A stretch of 64,000 bases of DNA, taken from NCBI RefSeq assembly GCF_009914755.1, contig NC_060932.1; one strand, written 5' to 3'. The stretch comes from the human T2T-CHM13v2.0 reference genome, Homo sapiens. The position numbers and the translations under genes are program-made. The notes under the pieces were generated by a model that was not told where the DNA came from, did no database searches, and saw nothing but the letters and a program-made list of their open reading frames with translations. Shown here in pieces: positions 17,990 to 32,990 of the stretch. Each line of letters starts with the position of its first letter. Positions within the stretch are counted from its first letter, which is position 1.

Positions 17990-19795
17990 GACATTATTAG
18001 TTAGAAGCCTTGGTTGAAATCAACAGAAAACCCAACTTACGCTGACTTAAACAATAAAAAGAATTCATGGTCTCACCTAAAAAGTCAGGAGGCAGTTCAG
18101 GCTCTAGATAAGGCTTGATTAAGGATCTTGTTTCTTTTCCTCTCTTTGTTCTGGCTTCCACTGTATGAACTGCATCCTAGGGCAGTCTTCCTTCAGAGTC
18201 CCAAAGCAGATGCCAACAGTCCTGGGATCATATGTTTCCTTGTTCATGACAGCAAGAGAGAGAACCTCTCTGCCCTCAGATGTCAGATAAATTCCTGGGC
18301 TTCATACTAATGGGACTGGTGGCTGTATCCAGGAGCATGGGATACCCTGCTGAGCATAGATCAGCTCATCACTGGAGTTGCGGGGGAATTAATCCCATCC
18401 AGATTATGCTTGCCTTGCTGAGAGTGGGTTTGAATGGTTATGCAAAGGAAAATTAGGGTGTTGTTTTAGAAAGAGTAAATGGATGCAAGGAGGCAAAAAA
18501 TACCAACACTCTCTATTGAGTGTACTGGTAGAAAAACTGTGAGGTCCCTGGAAAGGTGGGCTGAGGAGTGAGAGTGGATTTTAAAGAGTCTGAACTTGAA
18601 ATCTTTGAAAGACTTTAGTCAGCGATTATCACCCAACATCCACAGAAAGCTCTCCAGGGATATTTAATATCCAATAATCTTTTTACAAATAAAGCTTTTT
18701 TTGTGTGTGTGGTTGTACAAGTTAAATGTCTGGATAGTGAGTAGATGAATGCCTGTTATTTTGGGCATTGCACTTTTGTTATGTTTGGAATATTTCACAA
18801 TTAAAAAGTGAACGCAATGCACAGACTTGACAGATATTACCAGTGTTCACCAGTGTATCATTTTTTCTCCTTCCTGGGTGCAGGAAGACTGCACTTCTTA
18901 GCTTTCCTTTTAGTTAGACAGGCCGTATGACTAGGCTGTGGACAAAAATGACATATGTCTCTTCCGGGCCAAGGCAGCAAAAATTCCTATGCAAACTTTC
19001 AGTTCTCTCTTCTCCTTCAGAGTGATAGTGGAGGCCAGATATTAAGATGGTGGAGTTGTAAGAACAAAGCAGCCTGGATCACTGAGTCACTGCATGGATG
19101 TCAGCTGCTTTGGAGAGCCAGTAGATGTTCTGGTTATTGATTTCCATGTGTTCAAACTCCCCAAAAAACTTAGTAGTTTCAAGCAACAATTTACTATTAT
19201 CTCTTATGATTCTGTGTCGGCTGACTGGGCTAAGCTCGGCAGTTCTTGCTTGGGTCTTTCATCTGATTGCCGTCAGGTGTTGACTGGAGCTGCAGTCACC
19301 CTAACAACTCATCTGATCTGGATCTCCAAAGTGGCTCACTTGTCTGGCTGTAATTAATGCTGGCTATTGACTGAGTGTAAGGAAGCTGTCAACTGGAGCA
19401 CCTATGTGGCTTTAGAGTCTCACTGCATGGGTTCTGGGTTCCCACCAGATGCATCCCAAGAGTGAGTATTCCAAGAGACCAAGATGGGATTCAAAAAGCT
19501 TCTTACAAGCTACCCCTGGATGTCCTGGAACATCCTTGCTGCCATATTCTGTTGGTCAAGGCAAGTCACTAAGGCCAGTTCAGGTTCAAAGGGAGGGGAA
19601 TTAGACTCCTAACGTTGGTGCAATGAGTAGCATATGTCACAGAGTGGGAAAGTATTAATAATGGTTATCTTTTATTATCTACTGCACCTAACTTACAGCT
19701 GACTTTGGGTGAGAAATAAATTTTATGTGTTAAGCCATTGAGATGTCCAGTGTTTTTTGTTGCCTCACCATCAGCCTAGCCTAAGCTGATTAATA
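17990..19795. mobile_element. Cluster of old MLT1 LTR fragments
   Basis: MaLR-like motifs (AACAGAAAACCCAACT...; GGCAAGTCACTAAGGCCAG...AAGGGAGGGGAATTAGACTCC; TAAGCCATTGAGAT). Boundaries approximate. Confidence 0.5.
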
Positions 19796-19831
19796 AAATG
19801 GGAATTGTAGACAATATAGAAAAGACTTTAA

Positions 19832-20032
<201 letters not shown>

Positions 20033-20271
20033 TGATATTTTTTATATATTGTTATCATGCTATATAGATAGGTTTGTAGTTTTTATCACTTAGTATTATA
20101 ATATAAATGTATCCCTTTTCTATCAGAAGTCTTAGTAAAGACTTCGAATTACTGCATAATATTTCATTGTGACAAAGTATTCAACTGCTCTCAAATAGAC
20201 GTTTAGTGTTTCCCACTTATTAATGGTATTAGAATACTGCAAAAAACACCTTTGAGCATAAAGCATCATTT

Positions 20272-20984
20272 TTTTTTAAATTATACTTTAAGTTTTAGGG
20301 TACATGTGCACAACGTGCAGGTTTGTTACATATGTATACATGTGCCATGTTGGTGTGCTGCACCCATTAACTCGTCATTTAACATTAGGTATATCTCCTA
20401 ATGCTATCCCTCCCCACTACCCCCACCCCACTACAGGCCCCGGTGTGTGATGTTCCCCTTCCTGTGTCCATGTGTTCTCATTGTTCAATTCCCACCTATG
20501 AGTGAGAACATGGGGCTGTTTGGTTTTTTGTCTTTGCGATAGTTTGCTGAGAATGATGGTTTCCAGCTTCATCCATGTCCCTACAAAGGACATCAACTCA
20601 TCATTTTTTATGGCTGCATAGTATTCCATGGTGTGTATGTGCCACATTTTCTTAATCCAGTCTATCATTGTTGGACATTTGGGTTGGTTCCAAGTCTTTG
20701 CTATTGTGAATAGTGCCGCAATAAACATATGTGTGCATGTGTCTTTATAGCAGCATGATTTATAATCCTTTGGGTATATACTCAGTAATGGGATGGCTGG
20801 GTCAAATGGTATTTCTAGTTCTAGATCCCTGAGGAATCGCCACACTGACTTCCACAATGGTTGAACTAGTTTACAGTCCCACCAACAGTGTAAAAGTGTT
20901 CCTATTTCTCGACATCCTCTCCAGCACCTGTTGTTTCCTGACTTTTTAATGATTGCCATTCTAACTGGTGTGAGATGGTATCTC
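20272..20984 (-). mobile_element. L1PA (L1PA3-5-like), 5'-truncated
   Basis: ORF2 C-terminal 180-aa remnant (20417-20959); perfect 15-bp TSD CATAAAGCATCATTT at 20257-20271 and 20985-20999. Confidence 0.95.
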
Positions 20985-21009
20985 CATAAAGCATCATTTC
21001 TTATAATAG

Positions 21010-21352
21010 TTTCTTAGTTTGGGCGCTATAACAAAATACCATAAACTGGGTGGCTTATCAACAACAGAAACATATTTTTTACACTTCTGGAAGTTGGAAG
21101 TCTCAAATCAGGGTTCCAGCATAGTTGGGTTCTGGCAAGAGTTGTATACTGCCTGCTTCTTGGATCCTCCCATTGTGGAAAGAGGCTGAGAGAGCTCTCT
21201 GGGGTCCTTTATATAAGGGCACTAGTCCCATTTATGACTAGTCCCATTAATGACCTCATTAACTCTCAAAGGCTCAAACTCCTAATTCTATCACATTGGG
21301 GGTTAAGATTCTAACATGAATTTGGGGGTGACACAAATATTCAGTTCATAAC
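21010..21352 (-). mobile_element. MLT1A-type LTR
   Basis: GCTATAACAAAATACCATAAACTGGGTGGCTTA...GAATTTGGGGGTGACACAAATATTCAG. Confidence 0.75.
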
Positions 21353-21439
21353 AGACAGATTATATTCGTTCATCTTTGTATCTTTGATTTTGAAAGATTT
21401 TATTCTTAAAATTTTCTTGCAAGCACCCTTAACTCTATT

Positions 21440-21790
21440 CTCCTTCCCCATCTCTTTGTAGACAATGCTCAAATTTGTATTTTCAGTCCTGATCTCTCCC
21501 CTCACTCTAGACTTGATATTGCTATGTGAGATCACTAATAGATGTTTCAAACTAAGTATGTCAAATGATTCTTGATTCCTAGGTGACATCATGCTGCCTA
21601 TCATCTTTATTTCCTTTATTGTACTCACCACTGTCTGTCTTTTCTCTCCTTGCTAGAATGTGAGCTCCATGAGGACAGGGACTCTGTCTGTTTCTCCTAC
21701 CTGCCCTACCCCAGGCCATCCCCAACTCTAGGAACAATACTTAGTTCATAGCAGGCAATAGATATTTGTAAATAAATGAATGAATTGATA
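21440..21790. mobile_element. L2 fragments
   Basis: CTAGAATGTGAGCTCCATGAGGACAGGGAC...AATAAATGAATGAAT L2 3' end. Confidence 0.6.
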
Positions 21791-22899
21791 TATAAATAAA
21801 TAAGATGAATTTACTCTATATTTTCTTTCCACTCCAACCTTATCCCCAAGTGGAAGATTTCCATGATAATTTTGGTCTTCAAATTCATGATGAACATATT
21901 TTTATTTCTCTTTACAACCACAGTGCTCCATTTCTGGGAAAGTTGAATGTGTAACAAGACTCTTCTTGTAGGAAAGCAGAGACAAGGTGAAAATAAGGTG
22001 AAGATATGCTGGAGATGAAATGGGAGAGAAACAACAGGAGAAAAGTTCAGTAAACGGAGAAAGTGGGAAGAAGGTGTTGCATAGTGGGAAGAGGCCATTC
22101 GTAACTTTGCATCGCCATCAGAAAGCTATTTAATTTAGTGTTTTCCAGATCAAAATTTCCTTTCTAACACTTAGGAATTTTGGCCCTCGTTTTAGAAACA
22201 GACCTTTGCACCAAGTCCTGTGGTCTCTGGCTATAAGCCTCTCTGCCTTTTGCCTCTGTTCCCTGTTTCTTGGCTGCCTTGCCCTTAGTTTCATTTCCAA
22301 ATTTTGGTTTCCTTTCCTAAAAGATGATTTGCCTTATGTGTGAGTCATAATGCAATGGCGATTGTATGTGCTGAGGCCCAATTGAGGTAGAATGGGCAAA
22401 CTGCTCTGCAAGGAACACAGACCCTTCTTTGAGGCACTATTGGTCCAGCCACCTTCCCCTCTATCCAGCCATGCCTGCCTGTCCTGGTGCCCACCAGGCC
22501 TGGTGGCTGAATTTGAGCTAAGAAGTGGAGAAACGTGGGTGAATTTGGGTAGAAGTCAGGGCTGGAGATGAGTGTAGGGGATAGCTTCACACAGAGTCAA
22601 AGGGAGACCAGGTGAGGAGTGGGATTGGGTGGCTACAACTGAATGACGGTGTGTTCACATGGCATTTGTCCTGTTTGTGAACAGCCCTTGTGAGTTCTCA
22701 ACTTCAGGAATATAAAGTCATTGAAGAGGCACAAAGATGGTGGAAAGACCTTTGCAAGAATTGGCCAGGGACCTGTGAATCAGACACATCAAGGATTAAT
22801 ATACCACTTTCTGCCTTTTCACATGAGTGGCAAAAATTTATATTTTCTTAGTAATTTCAACAGCAGCAACATTTGCTACTGCAACTATTGTCAACACAT

Positions 22900-23210
22900 C
22901 CTCTGTTTATTGAGCATCTACTATTTGCTAGGTGCCGTGCTGTGTGCTTTGCTTAATATTATCACTAATCTTTATAATCATAGGGGATAGGGACTGTTTT
23001 CCTCATTTTATAAATTTTACAAATAAAGAAACTGAGGTGCAGGCCAGGCGTGGTGGCTCACGCCTGTAATCCCAGCACTTTGGGAGTCTGAGAAAAAAAA
23101 AGAAAGAAAGAAATTGAGGTGCAGAGCAATTAAGCCACTTACACAGAGTTAGCCAACTAAAAACTTATAGAATCAGATTTTGAATCTAGGTCTCTCTGGC
23201 TTTAAACTAT
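22900..23210 (+). mobile_element. MIR interrupted by a 5'-only Alu fragment (23042-23106)
   Basis: MIR core (TTTATTGAGCATCTACTAT...GAAACTGAGG...GATTTTGAATCTAGG) split by Alu head with TSD. Confidence 0.75.
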
Positions 23211-23324
23211 AAAAGTTTTTATTTAAAAATACATTTTAAAAATAAAATCATGCTTAAATTTCATGTATTTGCATGGGAATATAAATGACATATTTATGCG
23301 AGTACTCTAGAAAAATATATTGCT

Positions 23325-23627
<303 letters not shown>

Positions 23628-23925
23628 TTGCTTTTTAAATAGATTCACTTGGCAACATTTGGATTTAAGGTTTCTGCTGAATTTTATTTAATCTGGCACC
23701 AATTTTTAAAAACCTAATACAGTGTTCTAACTTTGCAGATTTTATACTTATTTTGAGCTAGTTTCATAGGACATAAGCTTGTTAAATAACTGCTTGTTGA
23801 GGTTAATGTTTTGCCATTTATAGGATTTAATGTTGAGGAATACAGCATTTGCTGTGTATTTTTCCTCTAATGGCAGGGGAGGTAATGTTCCAATAATTTA
23901 GAAATTTTCTATGGAAGAAAGCAGC

Positions 23926-26201
23926 TGGTATGGTGTGGCTGTGTTCCCACCCAAATCTCAACTTGAATTGTATCTCCCAGGATTCCCATGTGTTGTGGGA
24001 GGGACCCAGGGGGAGGTAATTGAATCACGGGGGCGGTCTTTCCCTTGCTGTTCTCTTGATAGTGAATAAGTCTCACAAGATCTGATGAGTTTATCGGGGG
24101 TTTTCACTTTTGCTTCCTTCTCATTTTCTCTTGCTGCTGCCATGTAAGAAGTGCCTTTTGCCTCCCACCGTGATTCTGAGGCCTCCCCAGCCATGTGGAA
24201 CTGTAAGTCCAATTAAACCTCTTTTTCTTTCCAGTCTCGGGTATGTCTTTATCAGCAGCGTGAAAACGGACTAATATACTAAATTGGTACCAGTAGAGTG
24301 GAGCACTGCTGAAAAGACACCCGAAAATGTGGAAGCGACTTTGGAAGTGGGTAACAGGCAGAGGGTTGGAACAGTTTGGAGGGCTCAGAAGAAGACAGGA
24401 AAATGTGGGAAAGTTTGGAACTTCCTAGAACCTTATTGAATGGCTTTGCCAAAATGCTGATAACAATATGAACAGTAAGGTCCAGGCTGAGGTGGTCTCA
24501 GATGGAGATGAGGAACTTGCTGGGAACTGGAGCAAAGGTGACTCTTGTTATGCTTTAGCAAAGAGACTGGTGACATTTTGCCCCCGCCCTAGAGATTTGT
24601 GGAATTTTGAACTTGACAGTCATGATTTAGGGTATCTGGTGGAAGAAATTTCTAAGCAGCAAAGCACGCAAGAGGTGACTTGGATACTATAAAAGGCATT
24701 CAGTTTTATAAGGGAAACAGCATAAAAGTTCAGAAAATTTGCAGCCCGATGATGCAGTAGAAAAGAAAAACCCATTTTTTGAGGAAAAATTCAAGCCAGC
24801 TGCAGAAATTTGCAGAAGTAGCAAGAAGCCTAATGTTAATCCCCAAGACCATAGGGAAAATATCTGCAGGCCATGTCAGAGACCTTCACAGCAGCCCCTC
24901 CCATCACAGGCCCAGAGGCCCAGGAGGAAAAAGTGGTTTCATGGGCCAGGCCCAGGGTCCCTATGCTGTGTGTAGCCTAGGGACTTGGTGCCTTGTATTC
25001 CAGCCACTCCAGCCATGGCTGAAAGGGGCCAATGTAGAGCTCGGGCTGTGGCTTCAGAGGGTGGAAGCCCCAAGCTGTGGCAGCTTCCATGTGGTGTTCA
25101 GCCTGCAGGTGCACAGAAGTCAAGAATTGAGGTTTGGGAACCTCCACCTAGATTTCAGAGGAGTATGGAAATGCTTGGATGCCCAGGCAGAAGTTTGCTG
25201 CAGGGCAGAGGCCCTCAAGGATAACCTCTGCTAGGGCAGTGCAGAAGGGAAATGTGGGATTAGAGCCCTGACACAGATCCCCCACTGGGGCTCTGCCTAG
25301 TGGAGCTCTGAGAAGACGGCCACCATTCTCCAGATCCCAGGATGGTAGATCCACCGGCAGCTTGCATCATGCACCTGGAAAAGCCACAGACACTCAATGC
25401 CAGCCCGTGAAAGCAGCCAGGAGGGAGGCTTACTCTGCAAAGCCACGGGGGTGGAGCTACCCAAGACCATGGGAACCCACCTTTTGTGTCAGCATGACCT
25501 GAATGTGAGACCTGGAGTCAAAAGAGATCATTCTGAAGCTTTAAAATTTGACTGTCCTGCTGGGTTTCAGACTTGCATGGGCCTTGTAACCCCTTTGTTT
25601 TGGTCAATTTCTCCCATTTGGAACAGATTTACCCAATACCTGTACCCCCATTGTATCTAGGAAGTAACTAGCTTGCTTTTGATTTTACAGGCTCATAGGC
25701 GGAAGGGACTTGCCTTGTCTCAGATGAGACTTTGGAGTGAGGACTTTTGAGTTAATGCTGAAATGAGTTAAGACTTTGAGGGACTGTTGGGAAGGCATGA
25801 TTGGTTTTGAAATGTGAGGACATGAGATTTGGAGGGTCCAGGGGCAGAATGATATGGTTTGGCTTTGTCCCCACCCAAATCTCATCTTGAATTGTATTCC
25901 CAGAATTCCCATGTATTGTGGGAGAAACCCGGTGGGAGATAATTTGAATCATGGGGGCAGTTCCCCCATACTGTTTTTGTGGTAGTGAATAAGTCTCATG
26001 AGATCTGATGGTTTTATTAGGGGTTTCCGCTTTTGCATCTTCCTCATTTTCTCTTGCTGTCACCATGTAAGAAGTGCCTTTTGTCTCCCGCCATGATTCT
26101 GAGGCTTCCCCAGCCATGTGGAACTGTAAGTTCAATTAAACCTCTTTTTCTTCCCAGTCTCGGGTATGTCTTTATCAGCAACGTGAAAATGGACTAATAA
26201 A
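23926..26201 (+). mobile_element. Full-length THE1 (THE1A/B-like, ERVL-MaLR) provirus: LTR 23926-24278, internal region, LTR 25850-26201
   Basis: Two ~350-bp direct LTRs (T..TATGGT.TGGCT...CCCACCCAAATCTCA ... GGACTAATA), ~1.57 kb internal region starting AAATTGGTACCAGTAGAGTGG, TSD GCAGC at 23921-23925 and 26202-26206. Confidence 0.93.
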
Positions 26202-26904
26202 GCAGCTATTGTGTATTTTTGTGAATGAGTATTTGAATTGGATCCAAAATGTACCCATGATTGTGCCTTGTGTTTTTCTAAAAAATAAAACAATACACAC
26301 TTATTATAGAAGATTGGCTAGATACAAAGAAGAAAAAAGGAAAAGAAGCATGCTAGTCAGAGAAAAAAAATTAATAGAGTGGTGTATTTTATATGGATTT
26401 TTTATACTCAAGTTTACATATTTTACACATAATTTACTAATCTACTTATAATGTATTTTATTGTAGGGTGTTAAGTCTTATGTTTTTGATAGGACAGAGG
26501 TGATTATAAACCTAGTTCCTTAGTTTCCGATATGACAAGTAAATGATGTCCCTTTTAGAAATATATAAACTTAGTTTGCAGTAAGGCAAATACTCAATTT
26601 ATATTGATTGTTGGAAAAATTCACAGGATGCAACGTATACTAGATTTTTATGTTAAAACTCCCAAGATCAAGATCAAATTTCTGCCAAGAAAATTTAATT
26701 TTTAAAAATATTGGTAAGTATCTCAGTTCAAATTTAAACATCACTTTTTGATTCTAAGGTGAAATAGCTTGACAGATGGTTAAAAGAGCAGTTGCCGAAG
26801 GAAAATGATTACAATAAATCTTTCAAGTGATGAATTTAATTGCCTGCCAAAAAATTTCTCAAATGACTCTCCAAGCTTAAATTTCAACCTCTCCAAGAGA
26901 CATG

Positions 26905-27905
<1,001 letters not shown>

Positions 27906-27934
27906 TAGAGACAGGGTCTTGCAATATGTATATA

Positions 27935-28052
27935 TTTTAGAGACGGTCTTGCTATGTTGCTCAGGCTGCACTTGAACTCCTGGGCTCAAGAGATCCTTAC
28001 CACCCCAGCCTTCTGAGTAGCTGGGATCACAGGTACAAGCCACCATGCCTGG
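27935..28052 (-). mobile_element. Alu monomer (FLAM-like)
   Basis: GAGACGGTCTTGCTATGTTGCTCAGGCTG...GGGCTCAAG. Confidence 0.75.
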
Positions 28053-28160
28053 TTTTGCAATATATTTAAAGGAACCTTCTATGTCATTTAACTGGGAAAC
28101 TTTTCTAAACGGTTTTCTAAGAGCTGACTATAAGGGTCTTTGATAAGATGGCACAGAACT

Positions 28161-28448
28161 GGCCGGGCATGGTGACTCATGCCTATAATCCCAGCACTTT
28201 GGGAGGCTGAGGCAGGCAGATCACTTGAGGTCAGGAGTTTGACACAAGCCTGGCCAACATGGTGAAACCCCGTCTTTACTAAAAATACAAAAAATAAATT
28301 AGCCAGGCATTGTGGAGGGCACCTATAATCCCAGTTACTTGGGAGGCTTGAACCTGGAAGGTGGAAGTGGCAGAGAGCCACTGCATTCCAGCCTAGGCAA
28401 CAGAGCGAGACTCTGTCTGAAAAAAACAAACAAACAAACAAACAAAAA
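28161..28448 (+). mobile_element. Alu (S-type) with internal deletions
   Basis: Dimer; TSD GGCACAGAACT on both sides. Confidence 0.9.
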
Positions 28449-29365
28449 GGCACAGAACTGTATTTCCATGCCCAGGGCCTTTTTGCTTCAAAGCAAAAAG
28501 TATGTGATGCTGCAATTTGGGGATGAGGCTATATGTTGGATTATTCTCTTTACATAATGAATTTTATAAGGAATATAATATCTGATCCCACTTCATGCAG
28601 TCCAGGATTTGCAGCAAATATGGTTGTGCCAAACTGGGTCGCAGGTCACAGTGGGCAGCAAAGCCACAAATGTTGCATATTGAAATGCTTAAAAAGATGC
28701 TGTGTGTACGATGGGTTATTTTCCTATAGCCAGGGAACATCTTGTCTTCTGTAAAAACAGTAAATTCACTTTCTGTTCTCTGGGGAATTAGAAAAAAAGT
28801 GTAAAATGTATTGCTGTTTAATCATGTAACAGTCAGTTTAGGTCCATTTTGAGACTGAATATTTACAACAACTATCCTAGTTTGTCTTGCATTATTCAGA
28901 GTAGTTTATTTAGTGCTTTATATATTTTAACTGTTTTTTGGGAAATAGTTTCAAACTTACAGACAGGTTGCAAAAGTAGAAATAATATAAGGAACATTCA
29001 TATACCCTCTACCCAGATTTACCCATTAACATTTTACTCCATTTGCTTTATCCTTTATGTATGTGAGTTTTCTCCTTTATATGTAATATTTAAATTATGT
29101 TATATATAACATTTATACACACATCATTTACCCTTAAATACACTAGTGCATACATCCTAAGAATAGGTACATTCTCTTATATAACCAGAACAGTAAATTT
29201 AACTTTGACATAACACTTTTATCTAATTTTCCATTCATGTTTAATTTTGTCAGTTGACCTGATATCGTCCTTTATAGCACCCTCCCCTTATAGTACAGGG
29301 TCCAGTCTAGGGTCAGGTATTGCTTTTTTTTTTTTTTTTTCCGAGAATACAGCCCCCTCCCCTTT

Positions 29366-30015
<650 letters not shown>

Positions 30016-30103
30016 TTTTTGTGTTTTTTGTATCTAATATTTTCCCAGAAGTTCAGGAAAATAGCCCCTTAGGATTTGAGCTGCATGTTCAAATTTATAC
30101 TGG

Positions 30104-30463
30104 TATCTTAGTCCATTTGGGCTGCTATAACAAAATGTCTTAGACTGGGTAATTTATAAACAATAGAAATGTATTGCTCACAGTTCTGGAGGCTGGGAAA
30201 TCCAAGATCAATGAACCAGAACAAATGGTGTCTGCTGAAGGCCTGTTCCTTACAGATGGCACATTTCTCACTGTGTTCTCATGTGGTGGAAGGGCACACA
30301 GGCTCTCTCAGGTCTCTTCTCTAAGGGCACTAATCCCATTCACAAGAGCTCTATCTTTATGAACTAATCACATCCCAAAGGCCCACCTCTTAAAACCAAC
30401 CCATTGGTGATTATATTTCAGCACATGAATTTTAGAGGGACACAAACATTCAGAACATAGCAA
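30104..30463 (-). mobile_element. MLT1A-type LTR
   Basis: TATCTTAGTCCATTTGGGCTGCTATAACAAAA...GGGACACAAACATTCAGAACATAGCA. Confidence 0.8.
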
Positions 30464-31727
30464 CTGGAGAATGACGGGTTCTGCTTTTCTTCTGCCTTTC
30501 AATCCTTATACATGTGTCTCCACTGGCAGAATTTAACCTGGAAACATTTAGAGTAAGTTCTCTGGAAAATAGAGTGCTAGGCTGTCTCCCTATAGGTACA
30601 GAAGAGAATGTAGAAGGGGGTGGCAATCATGCCGAGTTGACAACTGACAAGCTGGCACATGCTCCTGTTGGGGCCTATGGGTAGAAAGGAGAGGACAATG
30701 AGGTCCCTGGCCTCATGCAGGTTTCAGACTCCAGGGAGACCTGTAAGTTCTGTGAGGGAAACAAGCAAAGGGCTGTGACTGAGAGTAACTGAGGACATAG
30801 TGTCCAGGAAAGGCCTCTCAGAGGACTGAAACATGACAAGGAGCCGCAGCTATGTGAAGGGCAGAGACTGTGGAGTTGTGACTATCCAGGTAGAGAGGTG
30901 TCCAGGGCAGTGAGCGCCACAGCAGCTCTTTTGAGCTTGATTTATTTTAGGAAATGATGGAAGGTCAATGTGAATGGCAGTTGGTGGAGTGTAGCATCAT
31001 TTTAAGTTGGAGGGGATGGCAGGGGCTGGATTGTGCTGGGTCTTGTAGAACCAGGTGATGAGCTGGTATTTCGTACTAAGTGAAAGAGAAACGCTCTTAT
31101 TCTATGTGGCATGTCTGGGCAAATTAGATTTCCATCTTGTTGGAAAATTGTTGTAAGATAATTTTGTTAGAATGAGTCATTTCACTAAAATCTGCCAGAA
31201 AATATTCATAATAAATATTAAATTTCCAGTGCCTCCAATGTGAATGCACTCTCCCATAGGGTTGTTCTACCACAACTGTACAATTCTATATGGCAGCCTC
31301 TGTGGGGAGCCATGGAAATGTTTCTTCAGGGAGTGACACAATCCTGTGTGGCTCCTGTGTGGAGGGGCCAGGAGGAGAGGAGAACAGATGAGATAAAGTG
31401 TTTTGAAGGTAGATCCTACAATATTTTGGAGATAAAGAGATTGGATGGAGGACATGGGAAAAAGGATGACAGGATGATGGCTCATCAGGTTTGTGGATGG
31501 CAGTGCCGTTTTACTGAGATGGGCAAAACTGGGAGAAGACCAGCCTTTAAAAGTGGAGGGGACAAAGAAATCAAGGAGTAATTAAAATCCAGGTATTTGC
31601 CATCCTATCATTTCTTGAATGTTCTATTTTCAATTAAAACTTAACCAAACTATTCACTTTTACAAGATACACGTTAGATTCAAGAACAATAACGTGATCT
31701 TTTTTGCCTTTCAGGATTAAAGAATCG

Positions 31728-31880
31728 GGTTAGTCAGTCTTGGTGGTGCATGCCTGTAATCCCAGTTACTGAAGAGGCTGAGAGGGAGGATCCCTTGAGC
31801 CCAGGAGTTTGAATCCAGCATGGGCAGCAAAGCAAGACCCAATCTCTTATTTTCAAATGTAAAAAATTAAAAAAACAAAT
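31728..31880 (+). mobile_element. Alu monomer (FLAM-like)
   Basis: Single arm GGTGGTGCATGCCTGTAATCCCAG...GAGCCCAGGAGTTTGA. Confidence 0.7.
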
Positions 31881-31999
31881 TGGGGAAATATAAACTCAAG
31901 TTTTACTAATCTTTTCAAGTTCCTCTATGTTTTAACAATGTGTCATACACTTTACACATTATCTTATTTCCTCCATTCAGCAGTTTATGAGGAAGTTCC

Positions 32000-32642
<643 letters not shown>

Positions 32643-32804
32643 AGTAATTCCTATTTTTATCTTCATTTTACGGTTGAGATGTGAGGCTCAAAGAGCTGTC
32701 TTATCACTTGACTTGAACAGGGTACCACAATTACAGGTTCGGGTAGGAGTGAATCTTACTTCCTTTCAGTGACTTTTGAGTTCCCTGCTTTGTTCCAGAT
32801 TGGT

Positions 32805-32990
32805 CAGTGCTATCCAATAGAACTTCTGCAATGATGGAAATGTTTTATATGTGCACTGTCCAATAGTCATGTGGCTATTAAGCACTTGAAATGTGGTCAG
32901 TGTGACTGAGAAACTAAATTTTTAATTTAAATAAATTTACATTTAATTAAGACATGTGGTTAGTGGCTACTGTATTTGTTAGCACAGATC
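32805..32990. mobile_element. MER3-like hAT-Charlie MITE
   Basis: CAGTGCTATCCAATAGAACTTCTGCAATGATGGAAATGTT...AGCACTTGAAATGTGG. Confidence 0.7.

Noticed and set aside
20417-20959. 180-aa ORF
   Set aside because: L1 ORF2 C-terminal remnant in a 5'-truncated copy; not a host gene.
24468-25660. Series of short ORFs
   Set aside because: Fragmented THE1-internal reading frame with stops and frameshifts.
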